From IMG/VR virus record IMGVR_UViG_2563366943_000021: a stretch of DNA of 39,359 nt, one strand, 5' to 3'. Under the pieces are notes generated by a model that did no database searches, was not told the origin of the DNA, and was given only the letters and a program-made list of their open reading frames with translations. This document shows, piece by piece, positions 26,806 through 34,636 of the stretch (the stretch's first letter is position 1; the number at the start of each line of letters is the position of its first letter). This stretch comes from a virus (taxonomy: Duplodnaviria > Heunggongvirae > Uroviricota > Caudoviricetes). The position numbers and the translations under genes are program-made.

Positions 26806-28281
26806 TTAAGCATAGGGATCGTAATCTGTGATGGCCTTGCCTTGCTGGTTCTGCTGTCCTGGTATATTTATGCGTTTCGAGACCGGGAAAGCAAACGTCA
26901 GCAATAGCGCATCGCCTTTCCCCGGCGAACGCCCAAGTCGCTCTTTGATATCTTCCTTCGGTTCGATAACGATTTTACCGTCCACGCGAACTTTGTACTC
27001 TGCCGTCGACAGGTCGTCCGCTGTTTCCCGGTCATCCAGCATGCCGCCGAGCCTCAGCCATGTCTTGCATGAGTTGAACATCTCCCCACGCTTGTTGAGC
27101 ATCTGCGGGTCAGTAGACGCGCCACCGAATGGAACAAGTTGCCATGTGCGCCCCCAGCCGTCACCGATTGACTTCAGCCCGGTTCCATAACCGAAGTCGA
27201 TGAACACCGCGTCAGCCTGATACTGGTCTTCAAAGTCAGCGATACGCTTCGCCATAATCAGATCGTCGGTGGTCTTGTTACCAGTCCATAGCACCTTACT
27301 GTGCAGCCCCTGCCGCAGGTATATCACAGCGTCATCAACGCCGGAGTATGCCGGGTCAACGCCGATTATCACCGGAGCATGTGCCACCTGCGCAGCGGTT
27401 ACCACCCGTTTCATTGCCTCGTCAGTAAGACCGGTAGGGATAAACTGCAATTCAGATGCATCAGGGAATATGCCGCGCACACGTATTTTAACGAAGTCGC
27501 TGTCTTCCCCGTAGTCATCAACCCATTTCTGCAACTGCTGTTTGTTGGTGCCTTCCACCGTCCGGCTGTCAATCTGCGCAGTTTTCCAGCGGTGTTTATA
27601 TTTGCGGAAACATTCGCGGAAACGTCCGGTATTACGCGTCGGGTTTCCGAACGCCACCCAGATAATCTCAGTGTCTTCGTCCGTTAGCGCACCCTCGGCA
27701 ACTTCCCACACCAGATCCGCAATGTTCGACGCTTCATCGAATACCACGATGATGCGTTTACGCTCGTTGTGTAGTCCGGCGAATGCCTCAGTGTTGTGCT
27801 CAGACCAGGGGATTGCGTCAGCTCGCCACCGCTTGTCGTGCCCAGGGTCATTGCTGTACATCGCGGTAGCGGTACAGGTAAACCAGTCTTTCGTGATAGC
27901 AAGGTTTGACCACTTGATAATTTCCGGCCAGGTCTTCGTTCGTAGCTGGTTGTCGGTGTTGGCGGTCACCACGACCTTACAATCCTCGCAAGTGGACATG
28001 CCCCAGTTGATCAGCATTGAGATGAATGCGGATTTACCAATACCGTGACCAGAAGCACGTGCCAGCATAAGCGGCTGATATCGCGTCTCTGGATTCTGCA
28101 GGTGATCACGTATCTCTCGGAACGCATCGGCCTGCCACTGACGTGGACCGGTGGCATGTGCCAGTTCAGTACCCTCTTCCCCCCACGGGAACGCATAGAG
28201 GGCATAGCCAAGCGGATCGTGAGTGAACCCTGCAATATCCTCGATCAACTGCTCTTCAGGAGATAACGCTGCATCTGTCAC
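26806..28281 (-). CDS. Terminase large subunit
   Basis: 491 aa; Walker-A-like GHGIGKS near N-terminus and nuclease-like C-terminal half; adjacent to small subunit gene with 4-nt overlap. Confidence 0.85.
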   Translation of the reverse strand: MTDAALSPEEQLIEDIAGFTHDPLGYALYAFPWGEEGTELAHATGPRQWQADAFREIRDHLQNPETRYQPLMLARASGHGIGKSAFISMLINWGMSTCEDCKVVVTANTDNQLRTKTWPEIIKWSNLAITKDWFTCTATAMYSNDPGHDKRWRADAIPWSEHNTEAFAGLHNERKRIIVVFDEASNIADLVWEVAEGALTDEDTEIIWVAFGNPTRNTGRFRECFRKYKHRWKTAQIDSRTVEGTNKQQLQKWVDDYGEDSDFVKIRVRGIFPDASELQFIPTGLTDEAMKRVVTAAQVAHAPVIIGVDPAYSGVDDAVIYLRQGLHSKVLWTGNKTTDDLIMAKRIADFEDQYQADAVFIDFGYGTGLKSIGDGWGRTWQLVPFGGASTDPQMLNKRGEMFNSCKTWLRLGGMLDDRETADDLSTAEYKVRVDGKIVIEPKEDIKERLGRSPGKGDALLLTFAFPVSKRINIPGQQNQQGKAITDYDPYA

Positions 28282-28874
28282 TGATTGCCATCCTGACGTT
28301 CTTTCAGTCTCTTCCTGGCTGCTGCTATGCGATCAGCAATTGTCACATTCACATTAACATCCAGGCGCTCTTTGAACGCGTTGACGTCGACGTGCTTACC
28401 GATAAGCTCGAGGTTCTTCACCTTGTCAGGCCATTTAATTTTTTTGAGGATTGTCTCTATCGAATCCTCGTTCATGTTCATGATGGTCGATGACAGATCA
28501 AAGCCGCTAAGCGTAGTGCGCCAGATTTTCGGCCACTCGCGGATTGGCTTAAGGCTCCCATCGTCGTTGAGGATATCAATCACGTCCATCTGGTCGATCT
28601 CCACCAGGCGCATGAGAACGTAATCAGCACTGACGCGCATTCGTTTGTTGCGCTCCTCCATCAACTCGGCAATGCGTTTTTGAATGCGTTCATCGCGCAT
28701 CATGACACTGGCTTTAACTGCCGCTGTATTTGGGGAGAATCCTGCGTTAATCGCTGCATGAGTCTGGTTTTCAGGCGTTTTGATGTATGACTGGCAATAA
28801 GCCTCCTGCATTGCTGTTAGTGGCTTAAATTGCGTTGATTTGCGTTTATAGGTTTTAGGTTCAGCAGGCATCAT
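28278..28874 (-). CDS. Terminase small subunit
   Basis: HTH-like segment NQTHAAINAGFSPNTAAVKAS typical of small terminases; immediately upstream of large subunit; start set at internal ATG 28874 (tracked 28970 start has no RBS). Confidence 0.65.
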   Translation of the reverse strand: MMPAEPKTYKRKSTQFKPLTAMQEAYCQSYIKTPENQTHAAINAGFSPNTAAVKASVMMRDERIQKRIAELMEERNKRMRVSADYVLMRLVEIDQMDVIDILNDDGSLKPIREWPKIWRTTLSGFDLSSTIMNMNEDSIETILKKIKWPDKVKNLELIGKHVDVNAFKERLDVNVNVTIADRIAAARKRLKERQDGNQ

Positions 28875-28983
28875 AACCACCGTGGTAATAGTTACCGTTG
28901 TGGTAATAGTACCATGCAAAATAAAGCCGCCATAGTTGGCGGCAGTATTCAAAACCATCAAATTCATCATGCATAATCTACTC

Positions 28984-28995
28984 GTGACATGTCAC
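28984..28995. repeat. 12-bp perfect palindrome GTGACATGTCAC (copy 3 of 3)
   Basis: Overlaps stop codon of the 112-aa gene, upstream of terminase small subunit. Confidence 0.7.
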
Positions 28996-29330
28996 ACTAT
29001 TAATTTCGTTTCATGCCAGCCTTTAGTCACCCAGCATTGCGAGTCACCATTACACGGGCATGAATTAACGGGAACTCTCTCGCCGCACTTACCGCAAAGT
29101 TTTCTGCTGATCGATTTTATACGCCCGCGCACACGTGCATCATCCTGGCGGATCAGCAGCGCGATGTACTCGGCCATTTCATAGGGATCGCGACCAGGGC
29201 GCCGGGCGGCGCAGTTCCGCGCCAGCATTTCCTGCTCCTGCTTATCCAGCACCAGTTCAATTTTGCGCTCACCGGCGGCGGACTGCCGAGCGCGCTGCGC
29301 GGCTTTGCGTTCTGCGGGGGATTTAGCCAT
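28992..29330 (-). CDS. Hypothetical protein with C-terminal Cys cluster (putative zinc ribbon), 112 aa
   Basis: Basic N-terminus, CGKCG...CPCNGDSQC cluster; last early gene before terminase. Confidence 0.5.
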   Translation of the reverse strand: MAKSPAERKAAQRARQSAAGERKIELVLDKQEQEMLARNCAARRPGRDPYEMAEYIALLIRQDDARVRGRIKSISRKLCGKCGERVPVNSCPCNGDSQCWVTKGWHETKLIV

Positions 29331-29673
29331 TCTGATTTTCCTGCATCATGAGAAATACAATCATGGCGGCTCGGAGTGGATTATTCGCATGAAAGCAAAT
29401 GTTCTCGGTATTAAAAACAGCTGACCACTCACCGCGAGATTGGTGGCAGGTTAGACTGATTTTATTATCAACAATAATAGGCCATGCATCCGATGGATTA
29501 TTGCAGTAGTCAGGTAAAGGGTTTAATGGCTCAAAAGTTGTATCAGTATTTCCGTAATACCATTTGTTGGTGTTATTCCCTGATGTTTCCGGTTTACACG
29601 CCCAAAGGCCTTTAAAAATTATGTCTCCTACCATTCTGTTAATTTCAAAATCACTTAACTGTGAATAGTCCAT
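29323..29673 (-). CDS. Hypothetical protein (116 aa)
   Basis: Start set at internal ATG 29673 with RBS GGAGGTGA and TGATG overlap with upstream gene. Confidence 0.5.
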   Translation of the reverse strand: MDYSQLSDFEINRMVGDIIFKGLWACKPETSGNNTNKWYYGNTDTTFEPLNPLPDYCNNPSDAWPIIVDNKISLTCHQSRGEWSAVFNTENICFHANNPLRAAMIVFLMMQENQNG

Positions 29674-30578
29674 CACTTCACCTCCTGCAGCGGTTCGGGT
29701 AGCGGCATCCAGAACAAGGCGTTCCCTAACCACGATAAAGTGCCGTCGCTCAACTCCACGTATTCCCCTTGTACCTGTCCTGCCATATACTCGCCGTGCT
29801 TTGAATAAATTAAAATCCAATCATCTTGAGGGGGCATTCGCTCACTACAGCTTATCCAACCATCCGGAGTTACCGGAACTTGCGGAATGGCTGTCTGCTC
29901 TCGAACGTCATTAGGCGCTATAGGTTCTGCTGCCAACTGACTGGCATATTTGTTAATGGTAACGATAAGCTCTTGCTCAGCCTCATCCAGACAATCACCG
30001 ATACCTCGCCTGTCACCGTCAAAATCATCGAAATCGGCACGAATCTTGGCAACCTTCAAGATTGCGGACAACACCTCACTAGGAATTACCGGATAGTTGG
30101 TTGACGTTTCCGCGATTTCCCGAAAATTATTGGTTGACGAATTCTTGTTTTCCCGAAAGTTTCCGGACTGAAGCATGGCGGCGCGGCAGGCGTTCCAGCC
30201 TCTTACCTCTGCAATAGCGGCAACAGCATCAACCGCGTACATGCTAAGAGGATTAGGCATTGGTTTTTCTTCCGGTACTACTGGAACGGGTGGAGCGGCG
30301 AATAGATGTCCTCCAAAGTCAGGAAGCTCTCCAATGGCCTGTACGAACTTTTGTTTGCCTACGTCAATTCCTAATGGGTAGTGAGCTATAATTTTTGCCA
30401 CTGGCTCTGCCTCCAGTGATGCCAGCGCATTAGCACGCACCAATTGCACTTCCAGTTGCGTTGCCAAATCGCTGATCAGCTTTGCCACACTGCGCATATC
30501 AACGGCACCACATTCTGCTTTCAGTTCCGAAGCCATCTCATGCCCGGCGGCAACTAACCCTTTGATATTACTTTCCAT
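29673..30578 (-). CDS. Ead/Ea22-like protein with C-terminal DUF551-like domain
   Basis: C-terminal Trp-rich segment (DGWISCSERMPP...WILIY...W) resembles DUF551 of lambda Ea22-type proteins; RBS GAGGG. Confidence 0.5.
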   Translation of the reverse strand: MESNIKGLVAAGHEMASELKAECGAVDMRSVAKLISDLATQLEVQLVRANALASLEAEPVAKIIAHYPLGIDVGKQKFVQAIGELPDFGGHLFAAPPVPVVPEEKPMPNPLSMYAVDAVAAIAEVRGWNACRAAMLQSGNFRENKNSSTNNFREIAETSTNYPVIPSEVLSAILKVAKIRADFDDFDGDRRGIGDCLDEAEQELIVTINKYASQLAAEPIAPNDVREQTAIPQVPVTPDGWISCSERMPPQDDWILIYSKHGEYMAGQVQGEYVELSDGTLSWLGNALFWMPLPEPLQEVK

Positions 30579-30639
30579 CTTTACCCTCGCTTATCCACAT
30601 AACTTATTGATTACATTGATAACTAAAAAGATCGTCGAT

Positions 30640-30984
30640 TCAGAACTCTTCGATGTTCCAGCCGCCACCTGCTTTCTTTGGTTTAACCGTTACCCCGATG
30701 ATTCGGAACGGATACTGATCTGCGGCGACTTTGGTTTTCACCCTGGCGTCGTCGGTCCAGAAACCTTTCACTTCGTGCAGTTCCATCTCGCCGGTGGCGA
30801 GCATCACAGCGAAATCTGGCGTATAAAACGTGTTATCAGCTAACCGCAGCTTGATACCCTCGAACCGATACCAGGCGATTTCCCCTGCACGTTTACGCTG
30901 CTCAAGGTGCTGGCAATACGCAGATTCTGTTTTGTTCATCTGGCCTGTTTTGAGTCGACCAAGAGCCTGTATCTGTTTTCTCAT
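30640..30984 (-). CDS. Putative PD-(D/E)xK nuclease-fold protein (DUF1064-like), 114 aa
   Basis: Motif YTPDF ... ELHEVKG consistent with a D...E.K nuclease core; operator-controlled promoter directly upstream. Confidence 0.45.
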   Translation of the reverse strand: MRKQIQALGRLKTGQMNKTESAYCQHLEQRKRAGEIAWYRFEGIKLRLADNTFYTPDFAVMLATGEMELHEVKGFWTDDARVKTKVAADQYPFRIIGVTVKPKKAGGGWNIEEF

Positions 30985-30987
30985 GAT

Positions 30988-31002
30988 TTACCCCTGAGGT
31001 AA
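30988..31002. promoter_or_regulatory. Operator site TTACC-CCTGA-GGTAA
   Basis: Perfect inverted repeat immediately upstream of the 30984 start, overlapping its RBS. Confidence 0.6.
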
Positions 31003-31030
31003 TTAAAAACCACATAAGACACTAAATCAA
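31002..31030 (-). promoter_or_regulatory. Minus-strand promoter (-35 TTGATT, 17 bp, -10 TTTAAT) abutting operator
   Basis: Read on the reverse complement; same geometry as plus-strand promoters. Confidence 0.45.
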
Positions 31031-31049
31031 TAGATTTTAGAATATTTTA

Positions 31050-31064
31050 TTACCCAGTAGGTAA
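31050..31064. promoter_or_regulatory. Operator site TTACC-CAGTA-GGTAA
   Basis: Perfect inverted repeat, 62 bp from the operator at 30988. Confidence 0.55.
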
Positions 31065-31101
31065 TCATCGAGACGTAAAAAAATGCGCTATCGCGCTGGT
31101 A

Positions 31102-31884
31102 TTACTTGATAAATCCTGCCGCCTTTCCCCGCCTGTATTCCTCCATCAGCCACTGCGCCGGTGTTATTCCCCCAAGGGTGGCGGCGTTAGGCATGCACCC
31201 GAAACTTCGCCCTGGTGGATGGTAAACGTCTCTCCCTGTGTCCGGAGGTGTACTCATGGGTTCTGGCTTTGCCTGTATGCTGATCACCGGATCGGGTATC
31301 TGCTGTCCGGAAGCCACCTTTTTCGCCCAATCATCGAGCAGCCTGCGCGCGTGTTTCTCAACCTCAATCTCGCTAAGCTGGCGCTGATACATTGCACGGC
31401 GGGTATCACATACGACCCAGTACATAACCGGATGTCGCCACGGGAATCTTTCGGGACCACCAGGATATAAACTTTTTTCCTTGCTGTACCGGTGAAACTC
31501 CGCCATCACATCGTCAATGGTGACGCCAAGAACCATCTTGCTGTCTTTGCACCACTTGATGAATTGCCCAGGCGACGGCCAGAACGGAGATTCACTGGCG
31601 CGGGCGTGGCGCATACCAGCGTTAACCTGTTCCATTGTTGTGATCCCATTCTCCAGAAACGCAAGCATCCATTGTTTTCGAAATTCGTTTAGCTTTCCTT
31701 GCTCGCTGATAGCAGCGATGCTGCCTGGAAATGCAGCCTGTAACTGGACAAACATTTCGTTGAAAATTCTTGCAACCTGCTCCTTCTTTGCCCTTTCATC
31801 GTCAGCAGAAGCAACCGCCGTCGAGTGGTCATGCCCACCACGAAAGCGATCGTACTCATTAAGAAGTTCTGGAGTTGATTTCAT
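31102..31884 (-). CDS. Replication protein, lambda P-like helicase loader
   Basis: WMLAFLENGITTMEQVNAGMRHARASESPFWPSPGQFIKWC closely matches lambda P (recalled); start set at internal ATG 31884. Confidence 0.8.
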   Translation of the reverse strand: MKSTPELLNEYDRFRGGHDHSTAVASADDERAKKEQVARIFNEMFVQLQAAFPGSIAAISEQGKLNEFRKQWMLAFLENGITTMEQVNAGMRHARASESPFWPSPGQFIKWCKDSKMVLGVTIDDVMAEFHRYSKEKSLYPGGPERFPWRHPVMYWVVCDTRRAMYQRQLSEIEVEKHARRLLDDWAKKVASGQQIPDPVISIQAKPEPMSTPPDTGRDVYHPPGRSFGCMPNAATLGGITPAQWLMEEYRRGKAAGFIK

Positions 31885-32692
31885 CCCACACCTCATCTAT
31901 CCAGTCAGTGTTATGCCAGTCAAGGCTCTTTCTGACTTCACCTGATTTCTGTCTACAGAACTGGATGCGCCTTGCCAGCTTCTGCTCCCACTGTGCCTGA
32001 TGGTATGCCTTACCCTCAGCCATCCAGTAAATTCTGAACTCTGCAAGTTCCTGTGCCGTTGGCAGACTGTCCAGGTAGATTCCCTGCAATGAGCTTTTCC
32101 GAAGAAAGTCATCTGATGGCTGCCATTGTTCATGCATGACAAATTTACCTAATTGCCCTGGCCCACCAGGAGGAACAAAGTTATTCATCACGGCGTTGTT
32201 TGCGCCGGGGTCATGAGGAACAGAATCCCCGGTTTTTGTCCTGCTCTCCCTCTCTTGGTTAAATGACTGGTTATATGACTGGTTCTGGATCCCGTTTTTG
32301 GGATCATTCAACATCCCGTTTTTGGGATCATTCAACATCCCGTTTTTGGGTATATTCCCGTTTTCGGTAACATTACCGTTTTCGGGTTCATTGCCCCCCT
32401 CCCGGTTGCCTTTAATGTTCCCGTTTTTGGTTATATTAAGAGAGAAAACCCGCACTCTTTTTGTCGCTCCCTTTCTCTCTCCGGTATCTGAAATAAGCCC
32501 CATTTTCATGAGCGATATAAGCCCGGCCTGCACGGTTTTTTTATTCAGGCAAGTGTCTTTAACGAGGCGTTCTATGCTGGGGTAGCAGAGGTTATATTCA
32601 TCGGCTCTGTCAGCCATCGAGAGCAGTATGAGCTTTAATGATGAGCTACCTGGATCTGTCTCCCAGGCCCAATCTGTTGCATGTCTGCTCAT
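31859..32692 (-). CDS. Replication initiator, lambda O-like, with N-terminal wHTH and internal repeat region
   Basis: N-terminal wHTH-like segment; central NG-rich tandem repeats that coincide with DNA iterons; immediately upstream of P-like gene. Confidence 0.65.
   Translation of the reverse strand: MSRHATDWAWETDPGSSSLKLILLSMADRADEYNLCYPSIERLVKDTCLNKKTVQAGLISLMKMGLISDTGERKGATKRVRVFSLNITKNGNIKGNREGGNEPENGNVTENGNIPKNGMLNDPKNGMLNDPKNGIQNQSYNQSFNQERESRTKTGDSVPHDPGANNAVMNNFVPPGGPGQLGKFVMHEQWQPSDDFLRKSSLQGIYLDSLPTAQELAEFRIYWMAEGKAYHQAQWEQKLARRIQFCRQKSGEVRKSLDWHNTDWIDEVWDEINSRTS
32289..32432. repeat. Iteron array (putative origin of replication) inside the initiator gene
   Basis: CCCGTTTTTGGG three times at 24-bp period (32291, 32315, 32339) plus degenerate copies near 32357, 32376 and 32420. 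Confidence 0.6.
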
Positions 32693-32707
32693 GATTAATC
32701 TCCGCTA

Positions 32708-32908
32708 TCAGCTTGAGTGTTGTGGGGAGGAATTAATCATGATCTGCTTAATCTCTGCCCTGATGCGACGGTTTGATTCCATGGTGCACTCAACACAGTG
32801 TCCGTTGTAAACCCAGCGTTCACTGTCATGTCCATGCTTACATGGTTTTCCGGTGTAGTAGCGTTTAAGTCCGCGCTTTGCGGCATCAATACGTGTAATG
32901 ATTTCCAT
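32708..32908 (-). CDS. Small putative zinc-binding protein
   Basis: Cys/His cluster CKHGH...HCVEC; start uncertain (candidates 32908, 32944, 32971), 32908 chosen for RBS AGGG. Confidence 0.4.
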   Translation of the reverse strand: MEIITRIDAAKRGLKRYYTGKPCKHGHDSERWVYNGHCVECTMESNRRIRAEIKQIMINSSPQHSS

Positions 32909-32988
32909 GGTAAGCCCTGCTATTAGTATTGGGGTTACGGTCATTTTGTGCTGACACAAAAAAAAGATCAACCAGATTTGGTTTTTTA

Positions 32989-33003
32989 TTACCTTTGAGG
33001 TAC
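32989..33003. promoter_or_regulatory. Operator site TTACC-TTTGA-GGTAC (9 of 10 half-site bases)
   Basis: Between cro-like terminator and the next minus-strand gene. Confidence 0.5.
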
Positions 33004-33017
33004 GAATAGATATGAAA

Positions 33018-33036
33018 AGACCGCCGGGTGGCGGTC
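33018..33036 (-). terminator. Rho-independent terminator after cro-like gene
   Basis: Stem GACCGCC / GGCGGTC, loop GGGT; followed by TTTTCAT on the minus strand. Confidence 0.5.
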
Positions 33037-33058
33037 TACAGAGGGTTGTAGCTGGATA

Positions 33059-33289
33059 TCATGAGTAGAAGAAGTATGCCAGTTCTGCTTTTGAGCGCAG
33101 CCATTGTCTTGTTTTACAGGCTTTAAAAAGCCCATTCATCAATACCTTACCTGGCATTTTGCGCTTACCTGTTAAGTGAGTCTGGATATAGTGACTCGTC
33201 GTTCCGGCTTCCTGTGCGAAGGCTTCACGCTCATCCGGAGTAAGTGCAAGCCAGTGCTTTTTGAAATCGAAATGTCCGTTATCGCTCAT
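33059..33289 (-). CDS. Cro-like small HTH DNA-binding protein
   Basis: 76 aa; divergent from repressor gene across the triple-operator region; HTH-like segment AGTTSHYIQTHLTGKRKMP. Confidence 0.5.
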   Translation of the reverse strand: MSDNGHFDFKKHWLALTPDEREAFAQEAGTTSHYIQTHLTGKRKMPGKVLMNGLFKACKTRQWLRSKAELAYFFYS

Positions 33290-33321
33290 AGCTATTGCCT
33301 GATATTTATTTCAGATAATAA

Positions 33322-33350
33322 ATATTCACCCATAAGGTAACAAAAATCAA
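33322..33350 (-). promoter_or_regulatory. Putative cro-side promoter (-35 TTGATT, 17 bp, -10 GAATAT) overlapping operator O1
   Basis: Read on reverse complement. Confidence 0.4.
33326..33340. promoter_or_regulatory. Immunity operator O1 TCACC-CATAA-GGTAA (9 of 10)
   Basis: First of three sites in the divergent intergenic region. Confidence 0.55.
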
Positions 33351-33356
33351 GGATAG

Positions 33357-33371
33357 TTACCTATGAGGTGC
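33357..33371. promoter_or_regulatory. Immunity operator O2 TTACC-TATGA-GGTGC (8 of 10)
   Basis: Degenerate site, 31 bp from O1 and 17 bp from O3 centre to centre. Confidence 0.45.
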
Positions 33372-33373
33372 AT

Positions 33374-33388
33374 TTACCTGTTGGGTAA
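33374..33388. promoter_or_regulatory. Immunity operator O3 TTACC-TGTTG-GGTAA
   Basis: Perfect inverted repeat nearest the repressor gene. Confidence 0.6.
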
Positions 33389-33443
33389 TATTGCTTTAAA
33401 TTGAATCATCTACTGATTCATATATGAGGCGATTTTCCAGAAA

Positions 33444-34028
33444 ATGAAAAGTATCCAGGACGTCCGCAGGCAAAATCTCAACGACTTGATCGACCGTGAA
33501 TTCAATGGTGTTCAGACGCGGATGGCAGAAAAACTTGGAACTCAGGCAAATCTGGTAAACCGCTGGGCTCTTGGCAAGAAGGTTATCGGCGACCAGGTTG
33601 CACGAAAAATTGAAGCTGCCGCCAATAAACCCCGTAACTGGCTTGATATCGATCGCTCGCTTTCTCAGGAAGGTTTTCAGCCTGTCGGCCCAAGCGACAT
33701 TGGTCAGCTGGCGGCTCACAACCTGGAACGCTGGATGAGCGAAAGCCGCGACCTTTCAACGCAGGGAAAACTTCACCGCGCATCCGGCGTCGCCCAGGTG
33801 ACAATCAGTCGCCTGTTAAACAATGAGGTCAGCGTTTCCATTTCCACCCTGGAGAATGTTGCATCCGCATTCGGGCGTCACGGCTATGAATTACTGATTC
33901 ACCCGCACGACCCTGCGACCATCAACTATGACCGCTCGCGCTACGCATTGTTACCCGAAACCGAGAAAGCAAAGATCGAAAGTTACATTGAATTTGTCAT
34001 CAACCAGAACGAAAAAAACAAACAATAA
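33444..34028 (+). CDS. Prophage repressor candidate with two HTH domains and no S24 peptidase domain
   Basis: 194 aa; HTH-like segments (AEKLGTQANLVNRWALG and ASGVAQVTISRLLNNE); no Ser-Lys autocleavage motif; divergent from cro-like gene; own terminator. Confidence 0.6.
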   Translation: MKSIQDVRRQNLNDLIDREFNGVQTRMAEKLGTQANLVNRWALGKKVIGDQVARKIEAAANKPRNWLDIDRSLSQEGFQPVGPSDIGQLAAHNLERWMSESRDLSTQGKLHRASGVAQVTISRLLNNEVSVSISTLENVASAFGRHGYELLIHPHDPATINYDRSRYALLPETEKAKIESYIEFVINQNEKNKQ

Positions 34029-34050
34029 AATCATACTTTTCAGTAAGTAA

Positions 34051-34075
34051 GCCGCCTTCTGGCGGCTTTTTTATT
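34051..34075 (+). terminator. Rho-independent terminator after repressor gene
   Basis: Stem GCCGCC / GGCGGC, loop TTCT, then 6 T. Confidence 0.65.
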
Positions 34076-34085
34076 GCCTATACTA

Positions 34086-34100
34086 TTACCTAATGGGTAA
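34086..34100. promoter_or_regulatory. Operator site TTACC-TAATG-GGTAA
   Basis: Perfect inverted repeat preceded by TACTAT. Confidence 0.55.
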
Positions 34101-34119
34101 TTTTTTTAACTCATATCTA

Positions 34120-34148
34120 TTGACATCAAACCAAATACGCATAATTAT
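34120..34148 (+). promoter_or_regulatory. Early rightward promoter (-35 TTGACA, 17 bp, -10 AATTAT) abutting operator
   Basis: Consensus -35; operator begins at the last base of the -10. Confidence 0.55.
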
Positions 34149-34162
34149 TACCTCAACGGTAA
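34148..34162. promoter_or_regulatory. Operator site TTACC-TCAAC-GGTAA
   Basis: Perfect inverted repeat at the predicted transcription start of the recombination operon. Confidence 0.6.
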
Positions 34163-34181
34163 CAGACCGAGGTAACAAGTT

Positions 34182-34334
34182 ATGCAGTGGAAAATCATCA
34201 ACGGTTGGTACTGCGTTACTGCATGCGGATTCATGAGCTGGAAGTTCCGCACCTTACAGGAAGGCATTAAGTGGGCTTTCGTCAGCAAAGAAGCTCGCGA
34301 TGTAGCCAACGATAACGAGATATGGGAGGGCTGA
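34182..34334 (+). CDS. Hypothetical small protein (50 aa), first ORF of early rightward operon
   Basis: Below ORF-track threshold; RBS GAGG; Trp/Cys-rich; existence uncertain. Confidence 0.3.
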   Translation: MQWKIINGWYCVTACGFMSWKFRTLQEGIKWAFVSKEARDVANDNEIWEG

Positions 34335-34336
34335 TA

Positions 34337-34636
34337 ATGAACGTTAATCAGCAGAAAAATCTTCAAAAAATCATGCTGGCATTCGACAAGGACTACCGCC
34401 TGTCAGAACAGCTATATGACCGACAAGTTGAACTGATTGAGAGCATCCGACTTCATCAACTGTCCTCAACTTTCGACGTTGTAACAGGCAAAGGCGTTCG
34501 TCAGGAAGTGCTGGAGGCTGCTAAAGACAGCCCTGAGTTCGAAGAACTGATGGATGCCTACCGGCGCGAGGCAATGGCAATTATAGCGCGCTGGGATCTG
34601 GCGGATCAGCTTGATGGGCAGAGGGACGCGGCATGA
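34337..34636 (+). CDS. Hypothetical early protein (99 aa)
   Basis: Start set at internal ATG 34337 with strong RBS GGGAGGG. Confidence 0.5.
   Translation: MNVNQQKNLQKIMLAFDKDYRLSEQLYDRQVELIESIRLHQLSSTFDVVTGKGVRQEVLEAAKDSPEFEELMDAYRREAMAIIARWDLADQLDGQRDAA

Noticed and set aside
32289-32432. Tandem repeats considered as a CRISPR-like array
   Set aside because: Repeats are 24-bp-period iterons inside a coding region with no unique spacers and no cas genes; origin iterons fit better.
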